A stretch of 64,000 nucleotides of DNA from an uncultured Flavobacteriales bacterium (GCA_905478295.1 CAJQHZ010000059.1:182-64181), one strand, 5' to 3'; numbered from the stretch's first letter, positions 9,728-21,152 are shown. A program made the numbers and translations. Notes: generated from the letters alone by a model not told the origin.

Positions 9728-10363
9728 ATGAAGTCTGTTGAAATTCAAGGAAACGAAAGAACCAACTTTGGTTCAAAATACGCTCAACTAGAGCGTAAAG
9801 CGGGCAACGTACCGTGTGTTATTTACGGTGGCGAAGCACCTATTCACTTCTCTGCACCTACGCTTGCCTTCAAAGGCTTGGTATATACTGCTGAGGCAAA
9901 AACTGCGAAAGTAACTGTAGGAGATACTACTGTTGAAGCCGTGATTCAAGATTTACAGTTCCACCCGGTAACTGACCAGTTGATACACATTGACTTCATC
10001 CAGTTGGTAGAAGGCAAGCCGGTAACAATGGACATTCCAGTAGTTCTGCACGGTCAAGCACTCGGTGTATTGAACGGTGGTAAATTGAAGAGTGTTCTTC
10101 GCAAGCTAAGCCTTCGCGCAGTTCCAGGCCAATTGCCTGAGAGCATTGATTTAGACATCAACGATCTAAGAATAGGGAAGTCTATTCGTGTAAGCGATGT
10201 GAAATCTAAAGGGTTTGAGATCCTCAATGCTTCAACTGCAGTAATCGTCACAGTTCAGAAAGCACGTGGCGCTGTTGACGAAGACGAAGAAGGTGCTGAA
10301 GAAGGTGCTGAAGAAGGTGCTGAAGAAGGCGCTGAAGCTACAGCAGAAGCTGCTGCTGAATAA
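9728..10363 (+). CDS. rplY: 50S ribosomal protein L25 / general stress protein Ctc
   Basis: 211 aa. N-terminus ...[25 protein letters not shown]... with the two-domain Ctc form. Sits in the classic prs-rplY-pth order. Has an acidic (EEGA)n tail. Confidence 0.9.
   Translation: MKSVEIQGNERTNFGSKYAQLERKAGNVPCVIYGGEAPIHFSAPTLAFKGLVYTAEAKTAKVTVGDTTVEAVIQDLQFHPVTDQLIHIDFIQLVEGKPVTMDIPVVLHGQALGVLNGGKLKSVLRKLSLRAVPGQLPESIDLDINDLRIGKSIRVSDVKSKGFEILNASTAVIVTVQKARGAVDEDEEGAEEGAEEGAEEGAEATAEAAAE
10286..10333 (+). repeat. In-frame tandem repeat, 4 x 12 bp (gaagaaggtgct), encoding (EEGA)4 in the L25 tail
   Basis: Three perfect copies and one copy with a single T>C change, read directly from the sequence. 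Confidence 0.9.
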
Positions 10364-10380
10364 TTTTTACCTTTACGGGT

Positions 10381-10947
10381 ATGAAGAAATTCCTCATTGT
10401 AGGCCTAGGTAATCCTGGCGCCGAATATGAAAATACCCGTCATAACATAGGTTTTTTGACATTGGACGCCTTCGCGAAGGCGTCCAATGTTGTTTTCGAA
10501 CCTGGGCGCTACGCGCTGACGGCAGTGGCTAAGATTAAAGGACGTACGTTTCGATTAATTAAGCCAACCACCTTCATGAACCTTAGTGGAAACGCAGTAC
10601 GCTATTGGATGCAGGAGGAAAATATTCCTATTGAAAATGTTTTAGTCATCGTGGATGATCTGGCTTTGCCATTGGGCGCAGTGCGCATTCGTGAAAAAGG
10701 TTCAGATGCAGGGCATAATGGCTTGAAAGATATTCAAGCGAAATTGGGCCGTAATGACTATCCTCGACTCAAATTCGGTATTGGCAACGACTTTTCTAAG
10801 GGACGTCAAGTAGACTATGTCCTCGGCGAATGGAATAATGATGAAATGCTAGACCTCCCTGGTCTTATGGAGCACTGCGTTAAAGCCATACAAAGTTTCG
10901 CACTCGCAGGTACAAGACTTACCATGACCCAATTCAATAAGAAATGA
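10381..10947 (+). CDS. pth: Peptidyl-tRNA hydrolase
   Basis: 188 aa. [21 protein letters not shown] and ...[27 protein letters not shown]... are canonical Pth motifs. Confidence 0.95.
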   Translation: MKKFLIVGLGNPGAEYENTRHNIGFLTLDAFAKASNVVFEPGRYALTAVAKIKGRTFRLIKPTTFMNLSGNAVRYWMQEENIPIENVLVIVDDLALPLGAVRIREKGSDAGHNGLKDIQAKLGRNDYPRLKFGIGNDFSKGRQVDYVLGEWNNDEMLDLPGLMEHCVKAIQSFALAGTRLTMTQFNKK

Positions 10948-11630
10948 CCAAGGCCCAGCGCATCTTGGCCTTCTATCATGGGTTAGACTTTGATCACACT
11001 TACCTGGATGACGATTTAGCTGTGCTCAATCCATTTGAAGGCGCCAGTCCAGCGCAAGGACAGGCCCTCTCCGATTTCTATCATGCGTTTTACAGCGACA
11101 ACAAGCCACGGAATTTAATATTAGGTATTAATCCCGGAAGACTCGGTGCTGGAGCCACTGGTATTCCGTTCACAGATACCAAACGTCTTGTAGAATGCGG
11201 CATTTCTTTTGACGCCTTCACTACACACGAACCTAGCTCCGTATTCGTTTACGAGGCGATTGAAGCTTTTGGTGGTGCTAAAACATTCTATCAGGACTTT
11301 TTTATCGGATCGGTTTGTCCCTTAGGCTTTACTATTCGAAAGAAGGGCAACTGGGTTAATTTCAATTATTACGACCGGACCAGTTTCGCGAAAGCGCTTG
11401 CACCCTATCTCCTCAAACAAATTCGAGCTCAAATTGAATTGGCTGGTAAGAACGAACGAATTATCGTCTTTGGCACAGGTAAGAATTTAAAATTTCTGAC
11501 CCAATTGAACAAAGAGTTCCATTTTACCCCTGAATTAGTCCCCTTAGAGCATCCGCGTTACATCATGCAATACAAATACCGTGATCGCGAAACTTACATC
11601 ACGAAATACCTCGAAGCCTTTTCCGTATAA
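10944..11630 (+). CDS. Uracil-DNA glycosylase superfamily protein (DUF4918 / SMUG2-like)
   Basis: 228 aa. [18 protein letters not shown] resembles UDG motif 1 (G.NPG) and LEHPRYIMQ resembles the C-terminal HP motif. Its ATG overlaps the pth stop (ATGA). Family assignment is from memory of the motif pattern only. Confidence 0.5.
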   Translation: MTKAQRILAFYHGLDFDHTYLDDDLAVLNPFEGASPAQGQALSDFYHAFYSDNKPRNLILGINPGRLGAGATGIPFTDTKRLVECGISFDAFTTHEPSSVFVYEAIEAFGGAKTFYQDFFIGSVCPLGFTIRKKGNWVNFNYYDRTSFAKALAPYLLKQIRAQIELAGKNERIIVFGTGKNLKFLTQLNKEFHFTPELVPLEHPRYIMQYKYRDRETYITKYLEAFSV

Positions 11631-11697
11631 TTCACAGCTTCGTCCCCAGTTACATTAAAAAATACCGCTTTGCCGTAAGGAGCCGATCTATGATATT

Positions 11698-11726
11698 AAA
11701 AAAGCCACCCCAATAAAGGAGTGGCT
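11698..11726 (-). terminator. Intrinsic terminator after groEL (hairpin also faces the convergent + strand gene)
   Basis: Stem AGCCAC(CC)/(GG)aGTGGCT. On the minus-strand RNA it is followed by UUUUUU (plus-strand A-run 11698-11703). Confidence 0.6.
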
Positions 11727-11755
11727 TTCGTATTTATACGATATACGCAAATAAA

Positions 11756-13393
<1,638 letters not shown>

Positions 13394-13412
13394 TTATGGT
13401 TTTTTCGTTTGA

Positions 13413-13691
13413 TTAAACAATTACCATGATGTCTGCCTCACGCATAATGAGGTAATCACCATTTTCATACTTGAACTCAGTGCCGCTGTACTTACCGTAC
13501 AATACTACGTCACCAACATTTACAGTCATAGGCTCATCTTTTTTACCTGGGCCCACGGCTACTACCGTACCTTTTTGAGGCTTCTCTTGCGCTGTATCAG
13601 GAATAATGATTCCAGATGCAGTCGTAGTTTCAGCAGCTGCAGGTTCAATGATTACTCTATCAGCTAATGGACGAATGTTTAAATCTGCCAT
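13413..13691 (-). CDS. groS: Co-chaperonin GroES
   Basis: 92 aa. ...[12 protein letters not shown]...[23 protein letters not shown]..., located 22 nt upstream of groEL. Confidence 0.97.
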   Translation of the reverse strand: MADLNIRPLADRVIIEPAAAETTTASGIIIPDTAQEKPQKGTVVAVGPGKKDEPMTVNVGDVVLYGKYSGTEFKYENGDYLIMREADIMVIV

Positions 13692-13768
13692 GATTTATGT
13701 TTTTTGTTAAGTTTCCACCTTTCTACATGGAATTTTGTGCCAAAGCATTTTCTGTGTCAGAGTGTCAT

Positions 13769-13788
13769 CGCGCGGCCGTCGCCGCGCG
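13769..13788 (-). other. Perfect 8-bp GC hairpin (CGCGCGGC-n4-GCCGCGCG) in the groES upstream region
   Basis: Read directly. It lies between an 8-bp inverted repeat, GTGCCAAA (13737-13744) and TTTGGCAC (13793-13800). No U-tract follows on the minus strand, so it is not an obvious terminator. Confidence 0.3.
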
Positions 13789-13800
13789 AAATTTTGGCAC

Positions 13801-13837
13801 ATAAAAAATAAAAACCCACGCAGCGGAGCTGCGCGGG
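13801..13837 (-). terminator. Intrinsic terminator after secG
   Basis: The minus-strand RNA forms a CCCGCGCAGC-ucc-GCUGCGUGGG stem that is complete only on this strand (G.U pair). It is followed by UUUUUAUUUUUU. Confidence 0.75.
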
Positions 13838-13863
13838 TTGTATTGTAAAGTCAAATTGACCGA

Positions 13864-14238
13864 TTATTCTACGCTCTCCGGCATTCCTTCTAAAGGTACC
13901 TCACCAGTAGGTGCAGCTTGACCCGCAGGCGCTGCAGGCATCTGCGGCTGAAACGGCATAGCATCCTCAACTTGTTCGTTAATCAAGGTATCTTCTAAAA
14001 CAACATCTGTATCCGTTGTAACAAGGTTCATACCGATCACAAGAACGAACAAACCAATGACCAAGGCCCAAGTTGCTTTGTCTAAAAAGTCCGTTGTCTT
14101 TTTAACACCGCCCAACATCTGTGGGCTATCACCTCCAAAAGCAGAGCTCAAACCACCGCCTTTAGGATTTTGAACGAGAATCACCAAAACGAGTAAGATC
14201 GACACTACTACGATCAATATGGAGAATAATGCTGTCAT
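13864..14238 (-). CDS. secG: Preprotein translocase subunit SecG
   Basis: 124 aa. The N-terminal TM and [20 protein letters not shown] are the SecG signature, followed by a second TM. Confidence 0.9.
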   Translation of the reverse strand: MTALFSILIVVVSILLVLVILVQNPKGGGLSSAFGGDSPQMLGGVKKTTDFLDKATWALVIGLFVLVIGMNLVTTDTDVVLEDTLINEQVEDAMPFQPQMPAAPAGQAAPTGEVPLEGMPESVE

Positions 14239-15386
14239 GAGTTCTTTTCTTTCTTAATTGCTCTAATTCGGTCGGCAAAGAAACTACTTTTTTCCGGGTA
14301 TTTCAAACTTAGTACCTCGTAGGATTTAATTGCCTTATCAAAAAGACCTTGCTTCAAGTAAATCTCTGCCAATGTTTCGGTTACGAAGCGCCCTTGGCCA
14401 TCTGCCTCCAGGCTAAATACGTTTATTTTTCCGTCGCGCTTGTTTCCTTCAAACTTAGGTAAATCGCGAATAATTTTTTTAATATCTGGCCCTTCCGCCG
14501 TCGCCTTTTTAGTTGAAGAACCAGCGGTTGACACAACCTTCGATTCTGCATTTAACCACTGCAGAAAGGATGCCTTTTCACTGAACGGCATCTCACGTTC
14601 TTCAGGCGCCTCCCAAGCCGGAGATTCCTCTAACGACTGTGCTACTGCGTGTGAATCCTGTGTTGGAGAGTTTTTTAAATCGGTTTCCAATTCAAACGAG
14701 GGTACGTCGATGGCGATTTTCGCGGTCTCAGTATCTGTGTTTGACTGACTCAACGATGATGGTTCATTCGTTTCTTTTGCCTCAACAGCTTTCTTTTCGG
14801 CAGTTAACGGGGATCGATTGGTATCCTCTTTCTTTTGCGATTCGGCTGGATTAACGACTGATTTTTCCGGTGCATCTTTACCGCGTAAAGCACGAGATCT
14901 CAGAATAGCATTTCGTGTAGCCTCCGGCAAGCGTGATAGATCTTCGGGAACTCCGGTTGCTTTCTTTGGGGCAACAGGTTTTGTTGCCTTTGTTTTAGTC
15001 GCATGGGAAGCCGATGCTTTCTTCGTTTTTGTCTTTTTTACTACCGGCGTCTTTTTCTCAACCTCAGCCGATTCAGAGGACGCGGCGATTTTTTCAATTG
15101 GACTAGCAATAGCCGCATCGCTCAATTTTGCTTCAATAGGAGCTGCTATACTCGTATGACTTTCAAAATATACTTTTAAAGCCTCTCGGTTTGGTGTAGC
15201 AATAGCAGTACGCTTTACTTGGGCTGGCGACAAATAACTTTCTTGCTGCTGCAACGCTTTCATGTAAAGTGCTTGTAATGGTGCGGCATAAGGAAAATCC
15301 GATACCGCCTGTTTGAGCATAGCAAGCTCTGACGTATTTAAACGCTCAGGGTGGGCATATAATTCTTCGATTTTCTTTGCGTTCAT
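14235..15386 (-). CDS. Conserved hypothetical protein with TPR-like ends and a K/A/T/E-rich low-complexity core
   Basis: 383 aa. The C-terminus ...[43 protein letters not shown] is TPR-like. The stop overlaps the secG ATG (ATGA) and the start directly abuts the upstream gene's stop. Confidence 0.6.
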   Translation of the reverse strand: MNAKKIEELYAHPERLNTSELAMLKQAVSDFPYAAPLQALYMKALQQQESYLSPAQVKRTAIATPNREALKVYFESHTSIAAPIEAKLSDAAIASPIEKIAASSESAEVEKKTPVVKKTKTKKASASHATKTKATKPVAPKKATGVPEDLSRLPEATRNAILRSRALRGKDAPEKSVVNPAESQKKEDTNRSPLTAEKKAVEAKETNEPSSLSQSNTDTETAKIAIDVPSFELETDLKNSPTQDSHAVAQSLEESPAWEAPEEREMPFSEKASFLQWLNAESKVVSTAGSSTKKATAEGPDIKKIIRDLPKFEGNKRDGKINVFSLEADGQGRFVTETLAEIYLKQGLFDKAIKSYEVLSLKYPEKSSFFADRIRAIKKEKNS

Positions 15387-15890
15387 CTACCAATTAGCAA
15401 TAGCCCGGTTTAAAATATCTTCGGTCAATTCCTTCATAATCTCCGCTGCCAATTCTGTTTCAATATCGGAAAAATTCAAATCCGCATCGTAATCTCTAGA
15501 TCGGCTAAAACGTTGCTCAAAACTGTTTTCATCGGCGAGTCTATTCTCAAAGGAAACCTTAACTGAGATGGTAAAACGCATCTGAGCAACCTCACTCGGG
15601 CCGCGCGCCGCCTGTGGACGTAAACTGTAGTCAACTATGGCCCCTGAAAACTCCATATCGGCCGGCCCCTCAACCAAACCCAATGAAGTTTGCTGTACAA
15701 AGATGTCTTTTAACGATTCAGTGAAAATCTGTGACATCTCGGGATTTACAATCGCTGCCGTATTGTCGAAGAAATCTACATTCAATGTTTTTGCTTCCCC
15801 TACATTTCCCCCAGTAAAGCTGAAGCCTCCCTTACACCCTGAAAGGATGAGGATAAACAGCATTGCGGGAAGGAAAGAAAATATGCGCAT
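15387..15890 (-). CDS. LptE-like lipoprotein
   Basis: 167 aa with a lipoprotein signal peptide (LILSGC). Size and position between the sigma-54 activator and secG match the Flavobacteriia LptE-family gene. Its ATG shares one nt with the upstream stop (TAATG). Confidence 0.5.
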   Translation of the reverse strand: MRIFSFLPAMLFILILSGCKGGFSFTGGNVGEAKTLNVDFFDNTAAIVNPEMSQIFTESLKDIFVQQTSLGLVEGPADMEFSGAIVDYSLRPQAARGPSEVAQMRFTISVKVSFENRLADENSFEQRFSRSRDYDADLNFSDIETELAAEIMKELTEDILNRAIANW

Positions 15891-17134
15891 TATTCTAGGT
15901 TATATTGTTTAATTTTCCGGTACAAGGTACGTTCAGATATGCCCAATTCTTTGGCAGCAGCCTTTCGTTTTCCTTGCGTCTTATCCAATGCCTTTTTGAT
16001 TAATTCAATTTCTTTGTCGACCAGGCTCAGGTTCTCAATTTCGATCGTGTGCTCATCGTCTTCAAATGCATCGTATTCGTCGGGATTTATAAAAGAAATG
16101 TCGTTAGGCCCATTTCCAGTATACGGCGTCACTGACGAACGCTCGGTATATTCAGCACCAATCTGTGGGTATTCGCGCTGCACGCCCTCATAGAAGCCTT
16201 CACCATTCTGGACCGCCTTTTTTAGGGCATTTAATTCCGAACGCATCTCGAACAAAAGTTTATACAAAGCTTCGCGCTCTTTTGCGAAATCAGCATTGCT
16301 CACGCCATCACTGACTCGAGAATTGGCCAATGCAGGAAGGTTCGGCGCATCCACCTCAGGCAAATAGGCCTTGAGCACTTCCTTACCCACTAGACGCGTC
16401 GTCTCGATCACACTCATTTGCTCAGCCAAGTTGCGCAACTGACGAATGTTTCCTGGCCAGCGGTAATGCTCTAACAATCGCACTGCCTCATCGTCCAGGC
16501 GCAGCGGTGGAAGATGGTATTTATTGGCAAAGTCCGCAGCGAATTTTCGGAACAGCAAATGAATATCAGATGGACGCTCCCGCAATGGTGGCAGATGAAT
16601 TTCTACGGTATTTAATCGGTAATACAAATCCTCACGGAATTTGTGATTTTTGATGGCATTGATCATACCCACATTCGTGGCTCCTACGACACGCACATCT
16701 ATTTTATTCGCTCTTGAAGCACCGACACGAATAAATTCACCCGTCTCTAGGACGCGTAATAATCGGACCTGAGATGGCATAGGCAGCTCGCCCACCTCAT
16801 CTAAAAAGATCGTACCCGCATCGGCCTCCTCAAAATATCCTTTACGCGCTCCAGTTGCTCCGGTAAAAGCCCCTTTTTCATGACCGAAAAGTTCTGAATC
16901 TATGGTTCCTTCTGGAATAGCACCGCAGTTCACTGCGATGTAAGGGTTGTGTTTTCTGTGGCTCAGTGCATGAATAATCTTCGGTATGCTCTCTTTACCT
17001 ACGCCACTCTCTCCGGTGACGAGCACGCTGATATCTGTCGGCGCAACTTGCACGGCTTTCTCTAAGGCGCGGTCCAACAATGGACTTACCCCAATAATTC
17101 CGAAACGTTGTTTGATGCTCTTGATATCTGACAT
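15890..17134 (-). CDS. Sigma-54-dependent transcriptional activator (AAA+ plus Fis-type HTH, no N-terminal sensor or receiver domain)
   Basis: 414 aa. Walker A GESGVGKE is at aa ~41, and the GAFTGA sigma-54 contact loop is present. Also has ...FLDEVGELP..., RVVGATN and a C-terminal HTH (AAKELGISERTLYRKIKQY). Confidence 0.9.
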   Translation of the reverse strand: MSDIKSIKQRFGIIGVSPLLDRALEKAVQVAPTDISVLVTGESGVGKESIPKIIHALSHRKHNPYIAVNCGAIPEGTIDSELFGHEKGAFTGATGARKGYFEEADAGTIFLDEVGELPMPSQVRLLRVLETGEFIRVGASRANKIDVRVVGATNVGMINAIKNHKFREDLYYRLNTVEIHLPPLRERPSDIHLLFRKFAADFANKYHLPPLRLDDEAVRLLEHYRWPGNIRQLRNLAEQMSVIETTRLVGKEVLKAYLPEVDAPNLPALANSRVSDGVSNADFAKEREALYKLLFEMRSELNALKKAVQNGEGFYEGVQREYPQIGAEYTERSSVTPYTGNGPNDISFINPDEYDAFEDDEHTIEIENLSLVDKEIELIKKALDKTQGKRKAAAKELGISERTLYRKIKQYNLE

Positions 17135-17147
17135 AGCTTGAATTTAT

Positions 17148-18632
17148 TTAAGCCTCTGGATTTGCTACTACTGAACCCAACAATGTGGCCGTAGTACAAC
17201 TGTTAATCTTAACATGAACGAAGTCGCCTGGTTTAAAATCGTGACGATCAAAAACGACCACACTGTTCGTATCCGTTCGTCCAAACAATTGTGCCTCGCT
17301 TTTCTTAGAGGTTCCTTCTACTAAAACTTCAAAAGTCTTACCGACCATTTGTTCGTGACGGTATAAACTGTGTTTGCTTTGTAATTGGATGATTTCCGTT
17401 AAGCGACGTTTCTTAATCGCTTCAGGAATGTCGTCTTCTAATTTTCTCGCAGCATACGTATTGGGACGTTCGCTGTAGAAGAACATGTAACCGAAATCGT
17501 ATTTCACAAAATCCATAAGACTCAAGGTCTCTTGATGATCCTCTTCTGTTTCCGTTGGGAATCCTGAAATCATATCATGGCTGATAGCGCAGCCAGGAAT
17601 AATACTGTGAATGCGGTCGATAAGCCCCATATATTCCTCGCGGTTGTGTCCGCGGTTCATCAATTCTAAGATGCGCGACGAGCCCGACTGCACCGGTAAA
17701 TGGATGTAATTACAGATGTTCTTGTATTTCGCAATGGTTTCCAGCACATCGTCGCGCATGTCTTGTGGATTCGATGTGGAAAAGCGAATACGCATGTGCG
17801 GTACTGCTTCTGCAACCATAGACATGAGATCTGCAAAATGCACTGCACTTGCCTTGGCAAGGTCAGAAGCTTTGTCATAGTCTTTTTTCAAACCGCCACC
17901 ATACCATAAGTAGCTGTCCACGTTTTGCCCTAATAAGGTGATTTCCTTGTATCCGCGTTTCGATAAATCCAATACTTCGTCTACAATGGTCTGCGGATTA
18001 CGCGAACGTTCACGGCCACGAGTAAACGGTACCACACAGAACGTACACATGTTATCGCAGCCACGAGTAATGGACACGAAGGCGCTAACACCGTTGCCAC
18101 CTAAACGAACCGGCTCAATATCATCATAGGTTTCCTCTTTACTCAAGATGACATTTACCGCTTTTCTTCCACCGTCCAATTCCTGTAAAAGGTTCGGCAA
18201 ATCACGATAGGCATCAGGCCCGACAACTAAATCGACCAATTTCTCCTCCTCTAAAAGTTTACCTTTTACTCGCTCTGCCATACAACCCAACACCCCGATT
18301 TTCATATCTGGGTTCTTTTTCTTGTGATTGTTGAAATGGTTCAGTCGATTGCGAACAGTTTGTTCCGCTTTATCACGAATAGAACAGGTGTTCAGCAGCA
18401 CTAAATCTGCCTCTTCCGAATTCTGTGTAGTTGTGAATCCTTCTTTACCTAACACTGAGGCTACGATCTCGCTATCTGAGAAATTCATCTGGCAACCGTA
18501 TGACTCGATGTAGAGTTTCTTTGTGCCCGTTGGGTTTTTGGTTTCGAGAACCGTTCCGTCGTGTTCATGTGGGTTCTTATCGCCCTCGGCGTAGAGACCC
18601 CTTCCGCTTGCGCGCTTTGTCTTTGCTTCCAT
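17148..18632 (-). CDS. miaB: tRNA-2-methylthio-N6-dimethylallyladenosine synthase
   Basis: 494 aa. Has the N-terminal UPF0004 Cys motif (YGCQMN), the radical-SAM CDNMCTFC motif and a C-terminal TRAM domain. Confidence 0.95.
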   Translation of the reverse strand: MEAKTKRASGRGLYAEGDKNPHEHDGTVLETKNPTGTKKLYIESYGCQMNFSDSEIVASVLGKEGFTTTQNSEEADLVLLNTCSIRDKAEQTVRNRLNHFNNHKKKNPDMKIGVLGCMAERVKGKLLEEEKLVDLVVGPDAYRDLPNLLQELDGGRKAVNVILSKEETYDDIEPVRLGGNGVSAFVSITRGCDNMCTFCVVPFTRGRERSRNPQTIVDEVLDLSKRGYKEITLLGQNVDSYLWYGGGLKKDYDKASDLAKASAVHFADLMSMVAEAVPHMRIRFSTSNPQDMRDDVLETIAKYKNICNYIHLPVQSGSSRILELMNRGHNREEYMGLIDRIHSIIPGCAISHDMISGFPTETEEDHQETLSLMDFVKYDFGYMFFYSERPNTYAARKLEDDIPEAIKKRRLTEIIQLQSKHSLYRHEQMVGKTFEVLVEGTSKKSEAQLFGRTDTNSVVVFDRHDFKPGDFVHVKINSCTTATLLGSVVANPEA

Positions 18633-18674
18633 AATTGTATTCCGCTCAAAACTTTACTTTCTTTCGCAGAGGTA

Positions 18675-18682
18675 CAAAGATA
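18675..18682 (-). promoter_or_regulatory. Bacteroidota -7 promoter box (TAnnTTTG) upstream of miaB
   Basis: Exact TATCTTTG on the minus strand, 42 nt upstream of the miaB ATG. Confidence 0.35.
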
Positions 18683-18831
18683 CAAGCAATACTGACAATT
18701 TGTCCGATTTTAAAAAATCTATTACGTAGTAATACTGAATCCTCGAAAACCACTCCATTATATAAGGAGTTGAAAGTTGCCGATTTTTAGCCTTTACTTT
18801 GCGGCAATAATTAAAATGCACCCCGCATCCT

Positions 18832-21126
18832 ATGGCAAAGAATCTCGTAATCGTTGAGTCACCTGCAAAGGCAAAGACCATTCAGAAATACCTAGGCGCC
18901 GATTTCCAAGTCCTGTCCTCGTATGGACACATTCGCGATTTGTGCGATAAAGGAATGGCCATTGACATTGAAAATAACTTCCAACCGGAATATTGTGTTT
19001 CAAAAGACAAAACCAGTCTAGTCAAAGAGCTTAAAGCAGCTGCGAAGAAAGTGGATAAAGTGTGGCTCGCTTCGGATGAGGACCGCGAAGGAGAAGCTAT
19101 CGCATGGCACCTTTACGAAAGTTTGGGCCTAAAGGATGGAAATACGGAACGCATCGTATTTAACGAGATTACCAAAACAGCCATCCTTCGTGCAGTTGAG
19201 AATCCTAGAAAGATTAACAAAGAATTGGTCGATGCCCAACAAGCACGCCGCGTTTTAGACCGACTGGTAGGTTATGAACTGAGCCCCGTACTTTGGAAAA
19301 GTATTCAGCGCGGTTTAAGTGCAGGACGTGTTCAAAGTGTAGCCGTTCGCTTAATCGTAGAGAAAGAAAGAGAAATTGAGGGCCATGAGGTAACCTCAAG
19401 CTATAAAGTCAGCGGAATTTTCAGCGATGGAAAAATCAGCTTTAAAGCCGATGTAAGTACCAATTTCAAGACGCAAGAAGAAGCAAAAGTCTTTTTGAAC
19501 GGTTGTGTTGGCGCAACATATGAAGTAGAGAGTGTTGAAATGCGTCCAGGTAAACGCAGCCCTGCAGCACCTTTTACAACCTCAACGTTGCAACAAGAAG
19601 CGAGCAGAAAACTAGGCTTTAGTGTAAGTCAAACAATGACACTTGCGCAACGCCTCTATGAAGCGGGACACATCACTTACATGAGAACGGATAGCTTTAA
19701 TTTGAGTAACGATGCGATTGCAGGTATCGCGGCACATGTTGAGCAGAGTTATGGTCCAGAATACCATCAAGCACGCAAGTTTGCTACGAAAAATAAAGGC
19801 GCTCAAGAGGCGCACGAAGCTATTCGTCCTACCAACTTTGCAAATAGTATGGCTGGTGGAGATGACCGCCAGAAAAAACTTTATGACCTGATCTACAAAC
19901 GCACCATTGCCTCACAAATGGCTGATGCGAAATTGGAAAACACTACTATCAAACTATTCAATCAGGGACACCGTGATGCGCAGCGCTTTACTGCACGTGG
20001 TCAGGTGATCAAATTTGACGGTTTCATTCGAGTATATCAAGAAGGTACGGATGACGAGAGCACGGATGAATTAGACGGTCAACTGCCGGCTGTAAAAGAA
20101 GGGAACACTTTAACTTCAAAAGAAATTACTGCGACCGAACGCTTCACTAAGCATACACCTCGTTATACGGAAGCCTCTTTAGTAAAGAGATTAGAAGAGC
20201 TTGGCATTGGTCGTCCATCGACTTATGCACCGACCATTTCTACCATTCAAAAGCGAAACTATGTCATCAAGGACAGTCTTGAGGGCAATAAGCGTGAATA
20301 CCATGTATTAAGTGCAACGGCCGAAGGAGTTACTGCTCGTGTAGATACTGAAACCTATGGAGCTGATAAGAATAAATTGTTCCCTACAGACATCGGTAGC
20401 GTGGTAACGGATTTCTTACTCGAGCACTATGGCTTGATCATGGATTACCAATTCACTGCAAAAGCAGAAGCCAACTTCGATACCGTGGCTGCTGGGAAAA
20501 TCGGCTGGCAAGACAGCATTAAGGAGTTTTACGGCGAATTCCATCCACTTATTGAAAATGCACCTGAAAATGCGCGTGCAAGTCGAGTTTTAGGCGAGGA
20601 GCCGGGCACTGGTGAACCAGTTTATGTCAAACTTGCGCGCTACGGGTTTGTATTCCAATTCGGTGATGGTGATGAAGAAACCAAACCACGTTTCAAGAAG
20701 CTCCCTCATGGTGTTGGTTTTTATGATGCCACCCTAGAAATGGCATTGCGCAAGGAAATTCTTCCACGTATCGTCGGTGATTATAAGGATCTTGAAGTAA
20801 AAGCAAACGTTGGTCGCTATGGCCCGTACGTCATGTGGAATAAGAAATTCTACAGCCTTACAGAAGACGCGCCCGAAACAGTAAGTCTTGAAAAGGCGGT
20901 AGCGGTAATTGAAGAAAAAGAGGCTGGTGCAGCGAACAACACGATTGCTGAATTTACTGAAGAGCCATTGATTCAAGTCCTTAAAGGGCGCTATGGACCG
21001 TACATCAAATCTGGAGGAAAGAATTTTAAGATTCCTAAAGACACTGATCCGGAAACTTTAGACCGCGCCGCTTGTGAAGAACTTATCAAAGCAGGCCCTT
21101 CAAAGCGTCGGGCAAAGCGCAAATAA
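18832..21126 (+). CDS. topA: DNA topoisomerase I
   Basis: 764 aa. Toprim N-terminus LVIVESPAKAKTIQKYLG, active-site region ...ITYMRTDS..., and Cys-less C-terminal repeats (GRYGPY twice). Confidence 0.95.
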   Translation: MAKNLVIVESPAKAKTIQKYLGADFQVLSSYGHIRDLCDKGMAIDIENNFQPEYCVSKDKTSLVKELKAAAKKVDKVWLASDEDREGEAIAWHLYESLGLKDGNTERIVFNEITKTAILRAVENPRKINKELVDAQQARRVLDRLVGYELSPVLWKSIQRGLSAGRVQSVAVRLIVEKEREIEGHEVTSSYKVSGIFSDGKISFKADVSTNFKTQEEAKVFLNGCVGATYEVESVEMRPGKRSPAAPFTTSTLQQEASRKLGFSVSQTMTLAQRLYEAGHITYMRTDSFNLSNDAIAGIAAHVEQSYGPEYHQARKFATKNKGAQEAHEAIRPTNFANSMAGGDDRQKKLYDLIYKRTIASQMADAKLENTTIKLFNQGHRDAQRFTARGQVIKFDGFIRVYQEGTDDESTDELDGQLPAVKEGNTLTSKEITATERFTKHTPRYTEASLVKRLEELGIGRPSTYAPTISTIQKRNYVIKDSLEGNKREYHVLSATAEGVTARVDTETYGADKNKLFPTDIGSVVTDFLLEHYGLIMDYQFTAKAEANFDTVAAGKIGWQDSIKEFYGEFHPLIENAPENARASRVLGEEPGTGEPVYVKLARYGFVFQFGDGDEETKPRFKKLPHGVGFYDATLEMALRKEILPRIVGDYKDLEVKANVGRYGPYVMWNKKFYSLTEDAPETVSLEKAVAVIEEKEAGAANNTIAEFTEEPLIQVLKGRYGPYIKSGGKNFKIPKDTDPETLDRAACEELIKAGPSKRRAKRK

Positions 21127-21152
21127 GGTTCTAAATTGGTCGGGTAAATGAT

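Noticed and set aside
13795-13812. Sigma-54 promoters (TGGCAC-N5-TTGC) anywhere in the window, prompted by the activator gene
   Set aside because: None of the TGGCAC occurrences I noticed is followed by TTGC at the right spacing. Examples are 13795, 24846 and 37445 on the plus strand, and 13742 and 3478 read on the minus strand. Most lie inside coding sequence. A by-eye scan can miss sites, so a matrix scan is still advisable.
13692-13863. CIRCE (HrcA operator) upstream of groES
   Set aside because: I looked for TTAGCACTC-N9-GAGTGCTAA and close variants on both strands and found none. Only the unrelated hairpin and inverted repeat reported as a finding are present.
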